From NCBI GenBank assembly GCA_002104905.1, contig MCFE01000111.1, positions 104,004 through 168,003 on the forward strand: a stretch of DNA of 64,000 nucleotides. The letters are read 5' to 3'. Under the pieces are notes generated by a model. It worked only from the letters and a program-made list of their open reading frames with translations. It had not been told where the DNA came from and made no database searches. Position numbers and translations under genes: made by a program. Positions 44,238 through 55,300 of this stretch are shown here, one piece after another (position 1 is the first letter of the stretch; the number at the start of each line of letters is the position of its first letter). This DNA comes from Basidiobolus meristosporus CBS 931.73 (Eukaryota; Fungi; Basidiobolomycota).

Positions 44238-45431
44238 ATGAGGCGACCTTTTTCTGAGTTATCCCATCCTCGGGAAATTATTAAGAATTTCGTTCCTGGA
44301 TGGTTTGCAGTCACTATGGGCACCGGAATCACCGGTGTCGTTATATCCAACTTTCCTTTTCCGTTCCGCGGAATGGTAGTTATTGGATCCATATTTTTCC
44401 TCGCGAATATCTGCTTGTTCAGTTTGTTTACCCTTTTATTTGTTGCCCGCCTAATCATGTTCCCAGAGACCATTGCCCCGCTTCTCAAGAGTCACCAGCT
44501 GCTGATGTTTGGCGCCATTCCTATGGGTCTGACCACGTTGACCAACTACACAATCCTGGTGATTCGCCCCACACACTCTTGGGGATTAGAGTTGGCCTAT
44601 GTGTTGTGGTGGATTGCTTTTGCTCTTACTTTAGTCAGCATCTTCGGTGTTCCGTTTTGTATGATGAGATACCAGACTCACACCATCGAGAATATGTCAG
44701 GACTGTGGCTCTTCCCACTTGTTCCGGCAGTGGTCACAGGTGCTTCTGGATGCTACTTGTCTCGCTTTCTCGAGCATGAAGGCCACAGAGCACCCATGAT
44801 ACTAACTGTCGCTGGGATTACCCTGTGCTGTGGCATTTCGTTGGCACTTCCAGTGATCGGAATCTACTTCTACCGGTTAATTGCTCATGATTTCGTCCCC
44901 AAGGATATCATTATCAGTAGTTTCTTGCCAGTCGGACCATTGGGTCAGGGTACCTATGGCATCATTCAAATGGGCTGGGCCTTCCAGGAAGTGATTGGAG
45001 ACAAATATGCCCCAGGATTTGGCAACAGTGCATTCTCAGTATGCCTAGTGATAGCATATTTTTTATGGGGCTACGGTCTCTACTACCTGGTCTTTGCATT
45101 TACCTCGGTATTTTTAAGGATGCCTGAGAAGATTCCGTATAATCTTGGCTGGTGGGGACTTACTTTTCCCATCGGAGTGTTCACCGCAGGCACCATGAAT
45201 ATTGCCGTCGCAACTGACTCGAGATTCTTCCGCGGATTGACGGCGTTCTTCGTATGTATTTTGGTGATCAACTGGTTCATTGCAGCCATCAATACACTCG
45301 CCAGAATATACACGGGATCGCTCTTTAAAGCACCGGAAATTCAAGCACAATTGCCCAAGAATCCGGGTCTTGAAATGCAAATTAGTAGCACATATACCGA
45401 TACAACGCATTGTGACACCCAAGCCGTCTAA
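44238..45431 (+). CDS. TDT/SLAC1 family protein, copy 2, 397 aa
   Basis: Paralog of copy 1 with the same motifs; TATAAAT near 44159. Confidence 0.9.
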   Translation: MRRPFSELSHPREIIKNFVPGWFAVTMGTGITGVVISNFPFPFRGMVVIGSIFFLANICLFSLFTLLFVARLIMFPETIAPLLKSHQLLMFGAIPMGLTTLTNYTILVIRPTHSWGLELAYVLWWIAFALTLVSIFGVPFCMMRYQTHTIENMSGLWLFPLVPAVVTGASGCYLSRFLEHEGHRAPMILTVAGITLCCGISLALPVIGIYFYRLIAHDFVPKDIIISSFLPVGPLGQGTYGIIQMGWAFQEVIGDKYAPGFGNSAFSVCLVIAYFLWGYGLYYLVFAFTSVFLRMPEKIPYNLGWWGLTFPIGVFTAGTMNIAVATDSRFFRGLTAFFVCILVINWFIAAINTLARIYTGSLFKAPEIQAQLPKNPGLEMQISSTYTDTTHCDTQAV

Positions 45432-46066
45432 ATATTTCTTCTACACACACAACTTAACGCTGTTGCTTCTTATAACCACTTGTAAAATAGTAATTTTAAA
45501 ATAAATATGTAAAGTATATCAACTTCAAACCGGAATGTATCAGGCAGCATTGTTCCGTGTTGACATGGAAATCGCCTGTTTACATGTAACTTACTCATAT
45601 TGTGATTATTACCATTAGATAAATAGCAGTCCGCGGTTAATTGACTTAGTGTCCAATGTTAAGTACAGTAATTTATCAACTGTTGGGTTAAAATAACATC
45701 ACACTAATGGGCAATCATGGCACAGATAATAAGGATTCTCGGATTACTAATTACCCAGAGTTGCTTTATATGATCGAGTAAATCCATCGTATATCAAGCA
45801 ACCTTTTACCGAGAAATACCAAATTAATCACTATGTTAAATTTGAGTTAAATGTCAGACAAACCGCTAAAGATCGCTGATCGAAAGAACATTTGAAATAA
45901 ACTTTATATTGTACTAAAACGTTTATGACCTAGTCCAATCAGCATTTACAAAGCATTCTCCCCATCAAGGTTCCATGAATAAACTAGTATAAATATAACT
46001 TCAAGAACTCCTCAAGTCTAGCAGGATCAATACCTATTTTACTAGCCTCCTAACCGCATTCACAAT

Positions 46067-47260
46067 ATGAAAGCTCCATTCGCCGATCTGTCCCACCCTC
46101 GGGAGATCATCAGAAACTTTGTTCCTGGGTGGTTCGCTGTAACCATGGGCACTGGAATCACTGGTATCGTCATCGCCAACTTCCCATTCCCATTCGACGG
46201 AATGGTTGTCATCGGGTCGATCTTCTTCTTGGCCAATATCTGCTTGTTTAGCTTGTTCACCCTTTTGTTTGTTGCCCGCCTAATCATGTTCCCGGAGACC
46301 ATTGCCCCGCTTCTCAAGAGTCACCAGCTGCTGATGTTTGGTGCCATTCCTATGGGTCTGACCACGCTGACCAACTACACAATCCTGGTGATTCGCCCCA
46401 CACACTCTTGGGGATTAGAGTTGGCCTATGTGCTGTGGTGGATAGAGTTTGCACTTACCATAATCAGTATATTTGGAGTGCCGTTCTGCATGATGAGATA
46501 CCATACTCACAACATCGAGAATATGTCAGGACTGTGGCTGTTCCCACTTGTTCCGGCAGTAGTCACAGGCGCTTCTGGATGCTTCCTGTCTCGTTTCTTG
46601 GAGCATGAAGGTCACAGAGCACCCATGATCTTGGCGGTTGCTGGGATCACGCTTTGCTGCGGTATTTCATTGGCACTACCAGTGATCGGTATCTACTTCT
46701 ACCGCTTGGTCGCTCACGACTTTGTCCCCAAGGACATCATTGTTAGTAGCTTCTTGCCAGTCGGACCATTGGGTCAAGGCACCTATGGCATCATCCAGAT
46801 GGGATGGGCATTCCAGGAGCTAATCGGAGACAAGTACGCCCCCGGATTCGGCAACAGCGCCTTTGCCTGCTGTCTGGTGATAGCCTACTTCCTGTGGGGC
46901 TACGGACTGTACTACATGATCTTTGCCTTTACCTCGCTGTTTGTCAGACTGAGAGAAGGAATTCCATACAACTTGGGCTGGTGGGGACTTACTTTCCCCA
47001 TCGGGGTGTTCACCGCAGGCACCATGAACATTGCTGTCGCGACTGACTCGAGATTCTTCCGTGGATTGACCGCATTGTTCGTGTGCATTCTGGTGATCAA
47101 CTGGTTTGTTGCAGCTATTAGTACCATTGCTAGAATGTACACCGGATCAATCTTTAAAGCACCATGCCTTCAAGAAAAGCAACCGAAGCTTTCAGATCCT
47201 GAAATGCAAATATGTGACCCCGAAAGTAATACTGAACTATCCGATGATTTAATTATTTGA
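46067..47260 (+). CDS. TDT/SLAC1 family protein, copy 3, 397 aa
   Basis: Differs from copy 4 at only 7 residues, all in the last 30 aa. Confidence 0.9.
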   Translation: MKAPFADLSHPREIIRNFVPGWFAVTMGTGITGIVIANFPFPFDGMVVIGSIFFLANICLFSLFTLLFVARLIMFPETIAPLLKSHQLLMFGAIPMGLTTLTNYTILVIRPTHSWGLELAYVLWWIEFALTIISIFGVPFCMMRYHTHNIENMSGLWLFPLVPAVVTGASGCFLSRFLEHEGHRAPMILAVAGITLCCGISLALPVIGIYFYRLVAHDFVPKDIIVSSFLPVGPLGQGTYGIIQMGWAFQELIGDKYAPGFGNSAFACCLVIAYFLWGYGLYYMIFAFTSLFVRLREGIPYNLGWWGLTFPIGVFTAGTMNIAVATDSRFFRGLTALFVCILVINWFVAAISTIARMYTGSIFKAPCLQEKQPKLSDPEMQICDPESNTELSDDLII

Positions 47261-47987
47261 TTATCAGGATATAGACAATGCAGCGTGTAAATTTTGACCA
47301 TAATTACAGTTATTAACCATAATAAACAAATATAAGATTTAAAGAATCTGATGTTCTCCACGGTCACCTAAGTGACACCAAAATCTTATCGTAATTTCAG
47401 CCTACGCAGTAACGACAGCATTATTTTTGCTGTATTTGAGTTTTGGTAAAATATACCTCGAGGATCATATATTGTCTACCAAGCTATTCCTACCTTTTGT
47501 TTTTTTCAAGCAGTGATAGCCGCATCCGTAAAAGTATAAATTATAAAAATATGCTGAACATAAAGTACAAAACTTGTTATATCTTGCTCCAAATTAGGTA
47601 ACTTGCTCATGATATCATATTCCAACTGAGGGTGACATGTTGACAGAGTAGAACTTCCCTTTTTGAGGCAACCGGAATATAAACCATGCGAAATTACCAT
47701 AATCGAACTGCTGATCCTGTGGATATAATGTTGTTCCGTACTGAATTACTGGGAGGTTGCAATTTTCTAAACGAAAGATGCCTTGATATGGAAATTCATA
47801 TAAACCTTGATTTCTATGTTCTTCTACCCAATCGCTGGGGGATACCATTTCCTGAAACATTTAGAAGTCCACGATGGATCATGAGTATTCGATGGGGAGG
47901 GCCTCATCCATATAAATACTGTTGAAAGTCCCTCGAGTCCAGTAGAATCAATAGATACTTCGATAGTCTATACATCGCATTCACAGT

Positions 47988-49181
47988 ATGAAAGCTCCAT
48001 TCGCCGATCTATCCCACCCTCGGGAGATCATCAGAAACTTTGTTCCTGGGTGGTTCGCTGTAACCATGGGCACTGGAATCACTGGTATCGTCATCGCCAA
48101 CTTCCCATTCCCATTCGACGGAATGGTTGTTATCGGGTCGATCTTCTTCTTGGCCAATATCTGCTTGTTTAGCTTGTTCACCCTTTTGTTTGTTGCCCGC
48201 CTAATCATGTTCCCGGAGACCATTGCCCCGCTTCTCAAGAGTCACCAGCTGCTGATGTTTGGCGCCATTCCTATGGGTCTGACCACGCTGACCAACTACA
48301 CAATCCTGGTGATTCGCCCCACACACTCTTGGGGATTAGAGTTGGCCTATGTGCTGTGGTGGATAGAGTTTGCACTTACCATAATCAGTATATTTGGAGT
48401 GCCGTTCTGCATGATGAGATACCATACTCACAACATCGAGAATATGTCAGGACTGTGGCTGTTCCCACTTGTTCCGGCAGTAGTCACAGGCGCTTCTGGA
48501 TGCTTCCTGTCTCGTTTCTTGGAGCATGAAGGTCACAGAGCACCCATGATCTTGGCGGTTGCTGGGATCACGCTTTGCTGCGGTATTTCATTGGCACTAC
48601 CAGTGATCGGCATCTACTTCTACCGCTTGGTCGCTCACGACTTTGTCCCCAAGGACATCATTGTCAGTAGCTTCTTGCCAGTCGGACCATTGGGCCAAGG
48701 CACCTATGGCATCATCCAGATGGGATGGGCATTCCAGGAGCTAATCGGAGACAAGTACGCCCCCGGATTCGGCAACAGCGCCTTTGCCTGCTGTCTGGTG
48801 ATAGCCTACTTCCTGTGGGGCTACGGACTGTACTACATGATCTTTGCCTTTACCTCGCTGTTTGTCAGACTGAGAGAAGGAATTCCATACAACTTGGGCT
48901 GGTGGGGACTTACTTTCCCCATCGGTGTGTTCACCGCAGGCACCATGAACATTGCTGTCGCGACTGACTCGAGATTCTTCCGTGGATTGACCGCATTGTT
49001 CGTGTGTATTCTGGTGATCAACTGGTTTGTCGCCGCTATCAGTACCATTGCTAGAATGTACACCGGATCAATCTTTAAAGCACCATGCCTTCAAGGAAAG
49101 CAACCGATGCTTTCGGATCCTGAAAAGCAAATGGGCAGCTCTGAAAGTAATACTGAACTATCCGATGATTTAATCATTTGA
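47988..49181 (+). CDS. TDT/SLAC1 family protein, copy 4, 397 aa
   Basis: Near-identical to copies 3 and 5. Confidence 0.9.
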   Translation: MKAPFADLSHPREIIRNFVPGWFAVTMGTGITGIVIANFPFPFDGMVVIGSIFFLANICLFSLFTLLFVARLIMFPETIAPLLKSHQLLMFGAIPMGLTTLTNYTILVIRPTHSWGLELAYVLWWIEFALTIISIFGVPFCMMRYHTHNIENMSGLWLFPLVPAVVTGASGCFLSRFLEHEGHRAPMILAVAGITLCCGISLALPVIGIYFYRLVAHDFVPKDIIVSSFLPVGPLGQGTYGIIQMGWAFQELIGDKYAPGFGNSAFACCLVIAYFLWGYGLYYMIFAFTSLFVRLREGIPYNLGWWGLTFPIGVFTAGTMNIAVATDSRFFRGLTALFVCILVINWFVAAISTIARMYTGSIFKAPCLQGKQPMLSDPEKQMGSSESNTELSDDLII

Positions 49182-49920
49182 ATATCCGGGCATAGACAAT
49201 TCAACTTGAGCATGTAAATTTTGAACATAATTACAGTTATTAGCTATAATAAATAAATATTAGATATCAAGAAGTAAAAATTTGTTCTGAACTGCCGTGT
49301 AACCAAAATCATTTTCTGATATACGTATACACACTAGCTATAGTAGGGTACTTGACATAATTTGTGTTTTGGTAAATCATGTAACTCGAAGATCATATGT
49401 TATTGACTAAAATTTTATTCGAGTAGTGTTAGCCACATCCGGTATATATTTGCAAATATGCTGAGTATAAAGTACAAAATTTGTTATATCTTGGTCCACA
49501 TTAGTCAATTTGTTCATAGCATCGTATACAAACTGACACAGTAGTCTATCCCTTTTTTAGATATTCGGAAGGACAAACCACAATAAATTCCCTTAATTAT
49601 AATGACAGAAAGATCCTTGGGATATACTGTTAATGGATATTCCTTACCGCATATTTCCGGACTAGATTAATATGTACATTATTGGGAGGATGCGGCTTTG
49701 AAAGCGATAGAGTGCCTGATATGGAAATTCATTTAAACCTTGATTTCTATGTTCTTCTACCCAATCGCTGGGGGATACCATTTCCTGAAACATTTAGAAG
49801 TCTACATTGGATCATGAGTATTCGATGGGGAGGGCCTCATCCATATAAATACTGTTGAAAGTCCCTCGAGTCCAGTAGAATCAATAGATACTTCGATAGT
49901 CTATACATCGCATTCACAGT

Positions 49921-51114
49921 ATGAAAGCTCCATTCGCCGATCTATCCCACCCTCGGGAGATCATCAGAAACTTTGTTCCTGGGTGGTTCGCTGTAACCAT
50001 GGGCACTGGAATCACTGGTATCGTCATCGCCAACTTCCCGTTCCCATTCGACGGAATGGTTGTCATCGGGTCGATCTTCTTCTTGGCCAATATCTGCTTG
50101 TTTAGCTTGTTCTCGCTTTTGTTTGTTGCCCGCCTAATCATGTTCCCGGAGACCATTGCCCCGCTTCTCAAGAGTCACCAGCTGCTGATGTTTGGCGCCA
50201 TTCCTATGGGTCTGACCACGTTGACCAACTACACAATCCTGGTGATTCGCCCCACACACTCTTGGGGATTAGAGTTGGCCTATGTGCTGTGGTGGATAGA
50301 GTTTGCACTTACCATAATCAGTATATTTGGAGTGCCGTTCTGCATGATGAGATACCATACTCACAACATCGAGAATATGTCAGGACTGTGGCTGTTCCCA
50401 CTTGTTCCGGCAGTAGTCACAGGCGCTTCTGGATGCTTCCTGTCTCGTTTCTTGGAGCATGAAGGCCACAGAGCACCCATGATCTTGGCGGTTGCTGGGA
50501 TCACGCTTTGCTGCGGTATTTCATTGGCACTACCAGTGATCGGCATCTACTTCTACCGCTTGGTCGCTCACGACTTTGTCCCCAAGGACATCATTGTTAG
50601 TAGCTTCTTGCCAGTCGGACCATTGGGTCAAGGCACCTATGGCATCATCCAGATGGGATGGGCATTCCAGGAGCTAATCGGAGACAAGTACGCCCCCGGA
50701 TTCGGCAACAGCGCCTTTGCCTGCTGTCTGGTGATAGCCTACTTCCTGTGGGGCTACGGACTGTACTACATGATCTTTGCCTTCACCTCGCTGTTTGTCA
50801 GACTGAGAGAAGGAATTCCATACAACTTGGGCTGGTGGGGACTTACTTTCCCCATCGGGGTGTTCACCGCAGGCACCATGAACATTGCTGTCGCGACTGA
50901 CTCGAGATTCTTCCGTGGATTGACCGCATTGTTCGTGTGCATTCTGGTGATCAACTGGTTTGTTGCAGCTATCAGTACCATTGCTAGAATGTACACCGGA
51001 TCAATCTTTAAAGCACCATGCCTTCAAGAAAAGCAACCGATGCTTTCGGATCCTGAAAAGCAAATGGGCAGCTCTGAAAGTAATACTGAACTATCCGATG
51101 ATTTAATCATTTGA
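49921..51114 (+). CDS. TDT/SLAC1 family protein, copy 5, 397 aa
   Basis: Two residue differences from copy 4 (FSLFT vs FSLFS; QGK vs QEK). Shares ~200 bp of near-identical promoter with copy 4. Confidence 0.9.
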   Translation: MKAPFADLSHPREIIRNFVPGWFAVTMGTGITGIVIANFPFPFDGMVVIGSIFFLANICLFSLFSLLFVARLIMFPETIAPLLKSHQLLMFGAIPMGLTTLTNYTILVIRPTHSWGLELAYVLWWIEFALTIISIFGVPFCMMRYHTHNIENMSGLWLFPLVPAVVTGASGCFLSRFLEHEGHRAPMILAVAGITLCCGISLALPVIGIYFYRLVAHDFVPKDIIVSSFLPVGPLGQGTYGIIQMGWAFQELIGDKYAPGFGNSAFACCLVIAYFLWGYGLYYMIFAFTSLFVRLREGIPYNLGWWGLTFPIGVFTAGTMNIAVATDSRFFRGLTALFVCILVINWFVAAISTIARMYTGSIFKAPCLQEKQPMLSDPEKQMGSSESNTELSDDLII

Positions 51115-52156
51115 ATATCCGACAATTCCTCTTACAACTATAGATAACCCTTGTAATATATGAGTAATAAAAATTTAATGGTTAATTCTTCATAACCCAT
51201 GACTTGACTATTCGTGCAACAACCGAAGCTAGACACAAATTGCTTATTGACAACGAGGGATTCGATGAAATAGAGATTGGTAATTGTATCCTGTTTGTGA
51301 GCAGTCTATTGGCTCCCGGAGTTTCAGTTTACATCAATTCCCGGCCAGCCCAATATGTTCAAGGTATTCTTCCAAAAGGAACCCTGAGGTAGCAGGAAAT
51401 AGTGAATGCCTTCAAAACTTTTTTCTATCTACCGAGATACAGGAAATGATGCGCACTTTAAGGCCGTAGTAACTTCTCACGGTGGTCCAGGGTTTGTTTT
51501 AGAAGATGCTTTCAAAAAATACCATTAACCGCTTATTAAATGGCTTCTAACAGCTGTAAGCTATCCAATAGATTACATACTTACGATATGCCCATTATGT
51601 GTGGTGTGAACACAAGGAGAGAATATCCAACCTATTACTCGATACAAAAACAGTGGATACTTTTAACACTGAGCCATAAATAACTAAGGCTAGCCTAGCA
51701 ACATAAATCTACTGGCGACCTCTCCACTGAAATAATCCCAATGGCATTTATCTGTGTGGTTTCCCAAACATCATGCCAGGGCTGTTTGGGTACGCATCAT
51801 TCTGTTGTATGTTATAGTGATCTCAAGCTACAAAACGGGTATCACAACGGAAGACCTGAGGGTGCTTCCATATCGAAGATACGTCACACCCAGATCAAAT
51901 GGTATTCAGAATCAGCCGGAGTAGGAGGAGGGTAAATGCCAGAGCTGCCACGAACCACCACACCCGGCGCGTATTCACGAGCACACCCCAGTTGATCGCT
52001 TAGAAACTCATTGGCTGGTAACTTCCGTATTCAGCGCCATCGTACTCTATTGACATTGCTGCTGTATATCGCACGAGTCCAATCGAGGATAGGTCCACAT
52101 TCATTCGCATCTTATCAAAGCAGTCGGATAAGGGTGGAAATAGCAGCAAAAATCCA

Positions 52157-52183
52157 TTATTATTATTATTCTTATTATTATTT
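52157..52183. repeat. (TAT)n microsatellite downstream of the ABC gene
   Basis: ttattattattattcttattattattt. Confidence 0.6.
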
Positions 52184-52321
52184 TGAAATGCTAGCCACTG
52201 CTAATTTATGAGAAATGTGAATGGGATGGCGGTATTCACGCTATTCACTTTTGAAGCAATAAATAAAATTGGCTTTATCATCATGCTACTATCAAGTCAT
52301 CTAGGAGGTTTGCCGTCAATA

Positions 52322-55300
52322 TCAGAGGGTTTCACTCTTTCTAGCCAGGCTGGAAAAGAAACCCTGGTCGTTCTTCAACAACACCTGAGGGCGGTCATAC
52401 TCGACGACATGGCCCTGGTCCAAGACCAGGATGCGGTCGCTGTCCATGATGGTGTTGATACGGTGGGCAATTGTCAGTACAGTACAGCCCTTGAACTCAC
52501 GTCTCAATGCTCGCTGGATCGCATTGTCCGTCTCGATGTCAATGGCCGCGGTCGCTTCGTCGAGACAGAGGATGTGGGATTGCCGCTTGGTCAGCATGGC
52601 CCGCGCAAGACTCATCAGCTGACGTTGGCCGAGGGACATGTTCTCGCCGCCGTTCTCAATCATCGTTGACAGGCCTTCGGGCAAACAAGAGATGTAGCTC
52701 TTGAGTGAAGCGGAATCCAACGCCTCCCAAAGCTCTGCATCGGTATATCTGCCCTCCGGATCGAGGTTATCCCGTACAGTGGCGGCGAGTAGGAAGGGGT
52801 CTTGAGGGATGATAGTCAATCTGGATCGGAGATCCCGCAGACCCAGAGTTGAGATGTCCACGCCATCGATGATGATCGATCCCTCGGCAGCTTCGATAAG
52901 GCGAAACAAGGCCAAGGTAACACTGGACTTGCCAGCTCCGGTGCGGCCCACGATACCAACACGCTCACCGGGCTTGACCGTGAAATTAACGTCCTTCAAA
53001 ACCAAGTCAAGTCCCTCACGGTAACGAGCTGAGTATTTGTTGAACGATATCTCCCCGTGTGGTGGCCAGGCCGGGTCGATTTTTGAATCAGGGATCACAT
53101 CACGAGCCTCGGGCTCGAGCTCCGAGTATTCTCTGATACGCTCTACGGAAACCACTGAGGTCTCCAGGTTGCAGCACAAGTTCAGAATCTGACCCATGAC
53201 AATGGTCAAGATTCCGATCTGAGATAACACGACCGCAAAAAAGGCCGAGTTGGAAGAGCCACGCTGCACGATGGCCAATAGAGCAACCAGACAGAGAACC
53301 AGTATACTCATATGGTCAAGCATGATCTGCAGCCAGCGTTTAGTGGAATTGATTAGATAGCTGGTTTGCAAAGATCGGTCGAGGAAGGTGGCAGCCTGGA
53401 TAGCGAAGCGGTCTGCATCACCGTAGGCACGGATAGTCGCTAGCCCTTCTAGGGTTTCTCCAAAATGTGCGTACATGGGCGAACGAACTGCTGAATCCAG
53501 TCGTTTCAATTCTCGGTTGGAGACCAGGAAGAATTCGCCGAGGATATAGTAGCCATAGGCCAGGGGAACAATGATCAGGACGAAGTACGGCGAGGCAATG
53601 ATACAGAATACAAAGATGTTGATGGCCATCATGAGAAAAAAGAGCAAGTTGAAGAACTGAAGTGGCAGGCTAATATCCACTGCAGTGATATCGTGCGCAA
53701 AGCGGTTCACAATCTTACCAGACGAGGTGACATCAAAGAAGCTCATGGGGGATCGGATCAAATGCCACAGCATGTCGCTATGCAGTTTCTGCGAGGCTTT
53801 TCGAGCCATAACAGCCATCGAGGCAAATATCGTGATGGTCAGAATGCTGGCGGTGCAAAGGATCCAGGCGAAATAAGTCAGAATCCAGTATTGCGTCGAG
53901 TGCAGTGGTGCGGTCTTTGATGTCTCGGCCGAGGCATTTTCATTACCCCAACGCTGTAGCCAGATCTGAGTCATGATCTGGACGGCCAGGTAGCAGAGCG
54001 CGACAACAACGAAGGAGAGCAAGACAAAGGTATTCATGGTGGAGAAATAAAACTTGTAAACTCCCCATCCGACACGGCCCTGCGTGACAGCTTCGTCGTC
54101 CACCTCATTCTTCTCATCCAGCTCGAAATCATCCCAATCAATGGAAGACTGGGTAGGCCCAGCTGGTTTCGCTTCAGAATAATCTGGGTCACTGCCACCC
54201 GATTCGTTACTGGGTATTCTACTCTCTTCCTTGGCCGGAGCAACGGCCTCGCTCTCCTGGATCATTCGGAACAGGTCGCCTTCAACGTCGGCGATCAATT
54301 GATCGTACGAACCATCCTGCGAAATCCTACCTCGCTTTATCACTACGATCTGGTCAACTTTCTGCAAATGCTTGATGCCGTGGGTGATCAAGATGCGCGT
54401 CTTCTCGGCCAGGATAGTCGAAAACGCGTGGTCAAAAATGTGCTGGTCAATATGGGCGTCGACAGCAGATAGGGGGTCGTCCAAAATGTAAACATCTGCA
54501 TCTGCATAGATGGCCCTGGCAAGAGAGATGCGCTGTTTTTGGCCACCAGACAAGTTGATGCCCTTGGAGTGATAAACGTGTGAGTACTATTGATCGCTGC
54601 TGACTTGTCGTTGCTGACTTGGCCTACCTTTTCTCCGACGACAGTCTTGTCGCCGTTTACCAACATCTTCAAGTCGGGGGCCAAAGCACAGGCTCGAATA
54701 GTGTCGCGATACCGTGCCTCATCATAAGGCTTACCAAATAGGATGTTGCTGCGCACTGTGTCATTCAAGATCCAGGCCGATTGAGCCACATATGCCAGAG
54801 ATCCAAACGCGTGAACTGAACCAGAGTATCGATGCATCTCTCCGAGCAGTGCTCCCACTAATGACGATTTCCCCTCACCGACTCGGCCGACAACCGCAGT
54901 CAGAGATCCACGTTTAATCCGCAAGTTGATATCATGCAACACTGGTCCCATTTTGTCGCTATCATGTTCAGCTTCAGTCGTGGCCAGTGGTGTATAGAGT
55001 GGTGTTTTCGAATCAATCATGCCATACATTTTTTCCTTGATCTCTGCGTATTGCTCGTCATCCTCCTTGGCCGTGGTGACTCGAATGTTTTCAGGAGTAT
55101 ACCATCCAAAGGTGCCATTCTGAATTTCGTAAGACAATTCGGACGCCGTCTTTTTGGGGTTCCTGATCACACTCTCCCTATCAATCTCTTCGGAGTTTAG
55201 GAAGTCTTTTAAACGGTTGTAGGCAACCTTTCCTGTAAAAATAACAGTCAGTGAGTTGCCGATAGCATCGACGGGGTCTTGCAGCATGTTTAACAGAGTA

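Noticed and set aside
30317-51114. Possible sulfite cluster linking MOCS2B (Moco for sulfite oxidase) with the SSU1-like array
   Set aside because: They are separated by unrelated housekeeping genes (TRAP-alpha, TPX2-like, UTP14) and no sulfite oxidase is present, so the link is probably coincidental.
51200-52000. Short frames after TDT copy 5 (e.g. ...LNILGWPGIDVN, GIYLCGFPNIMPGLFGY)
   Set aside because: They are bounded by stops, lack splice support and match no family convincingly.
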